Shown here: one piece after another, positions 63,237 to 64,000 of the stretch
How positions within the stretch are numbered: the stretch's first letter is position 1
How the letters are laid out: every line of letters starts with the position of its first letter
Assembly (NCBI GenBank): GCA_036172245.1
Contig: JAYWIR010000007.1
Location: forward strand, 682,001-746,000
DNA: 64,000 nucleotides
Source: Raillietiella orientalis
Lineage: Eukaryota
Direction: 5' to 3'
The notes under the pieces: generated by a model
The model's input: the letters and a program-made list of their open reading frames with translations, nothing else
Told to the model about the DNA's origin: nothing
Database searches by the model: none
Made by a program: the position numbers and the translations under genes

Positions 63237-64000
63237 GGTGGGGCTACGCGTGTCGCCTAGATCCACAACACGGAGTGTCCAGGGGAAACGGGAAAAACAA
63301 AATAAAGGAATCGTTCGGTCCGTCGAGTGGTCAGGAAGCCGCGACCCGCCCCTTCAATCGATCCGCCTATTTACTTGTTCTTTTGTTAGCCCATCTCCCG
63401 CCTGGTTGCTCGCTTGCTTCACGGCGTGTCCTCCTCCTGCTTACCTATTTCCTTGTTTGCTTACTCGTTTCTCCTGGCAACGCGTCTACGCTGCTGCTCA
63501 CGTTTCCTTCGGTTTGACTCTCCTTCTTCGGCCGTTGGGCTGCTTGTCTGCCCACGGACGGCATCTCACCTATTCACTTGCTCCTCGATTAGGTGGATTG
63601 TTGATCCCTTTATCTTTTCTACGGGGGCATCCATCCCTGGCCTTCCACTGCACCCGGGGGAGGAGGAGTCTTGAGGACTGCGTCCGGAGAGCAGGCGAGA
63701 CGAGAGGGCAAAGCCCGTGGGCGCTGGGCGGCTCCAAAGACCGACGCTGCCTGGATTCTCTCCGACCCGCAGCAGCGCCCACCGGCAAGGGGCGGCGGGG
63801 AGCGCGCAACCGCACCAGGCCATTATCTTTGAAAGGTTCTTCCGTGGACCACCCAACTCGCGCGCGCCCGCGAGGCGAGAGGCCGGGGAGCGGGAAGAGG
63901 ACGACCCCTTCCCCCCCGGACGGGTGTCCGCGAGCAGCCTTCCTTCCCTCCGATCCCGGACCCCTGTGCGCCCTCCAAGACGGTTGGGTTCCGGCCGCAT

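Noticed and set aside
1..64000. CRISPR arrays, operons, prokaryotic defence systems, rRNA genes
   Set aside because: No regularly spaced repeats, dense gene packing or rRNA-like sequence; the spliceosomal introns, LINEs and SINEs indicate animal nuclear DNA.

Overview
GC-rich eukaryotic genomic DNA, inferred to be invertebrate and probably arthropod, with spliceosomal introns and no prokaryotic features. Two genes are well supported, both on the minus strand. (1) A single-exon class A GPCR of the myosuppressin receptor (MsR/DMSR) family at 18377-19411. (2) A divergent DEG/ENaC (pickpocket/ASIC-like) channel, rebuilt by hand from seven phase-compatible GT-AG exons between 62203 and 52702 (999 nt, about 333 aa of ectodomain). 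Its TM1 exon(s) probably lie beyond the right edge, and I could not locate its TM2 exon with confidence. The rest is purine/pyrimidine-rich intergenic or intronic DNA with decayed mobile elements: four 3' fragments of one L1/Tx1-like LINE family, two or three copies of a tRNA-His-like SINE, a CR1/L2-type endonuclease remnant, an R1/LOA-like 3' remnant and a Ty3/Gypsy integrase remnant. Most ORFs in the supplied track are spurious. I found no convincing new multi-gene system. The most interesting observations are the paired cysteine loss in the channel's thumb domain, the compact intronless receptor, and conserved 3' stem-loops in the LINE and SINE families. All family calls come from motif recognition by eye; no searches were run.
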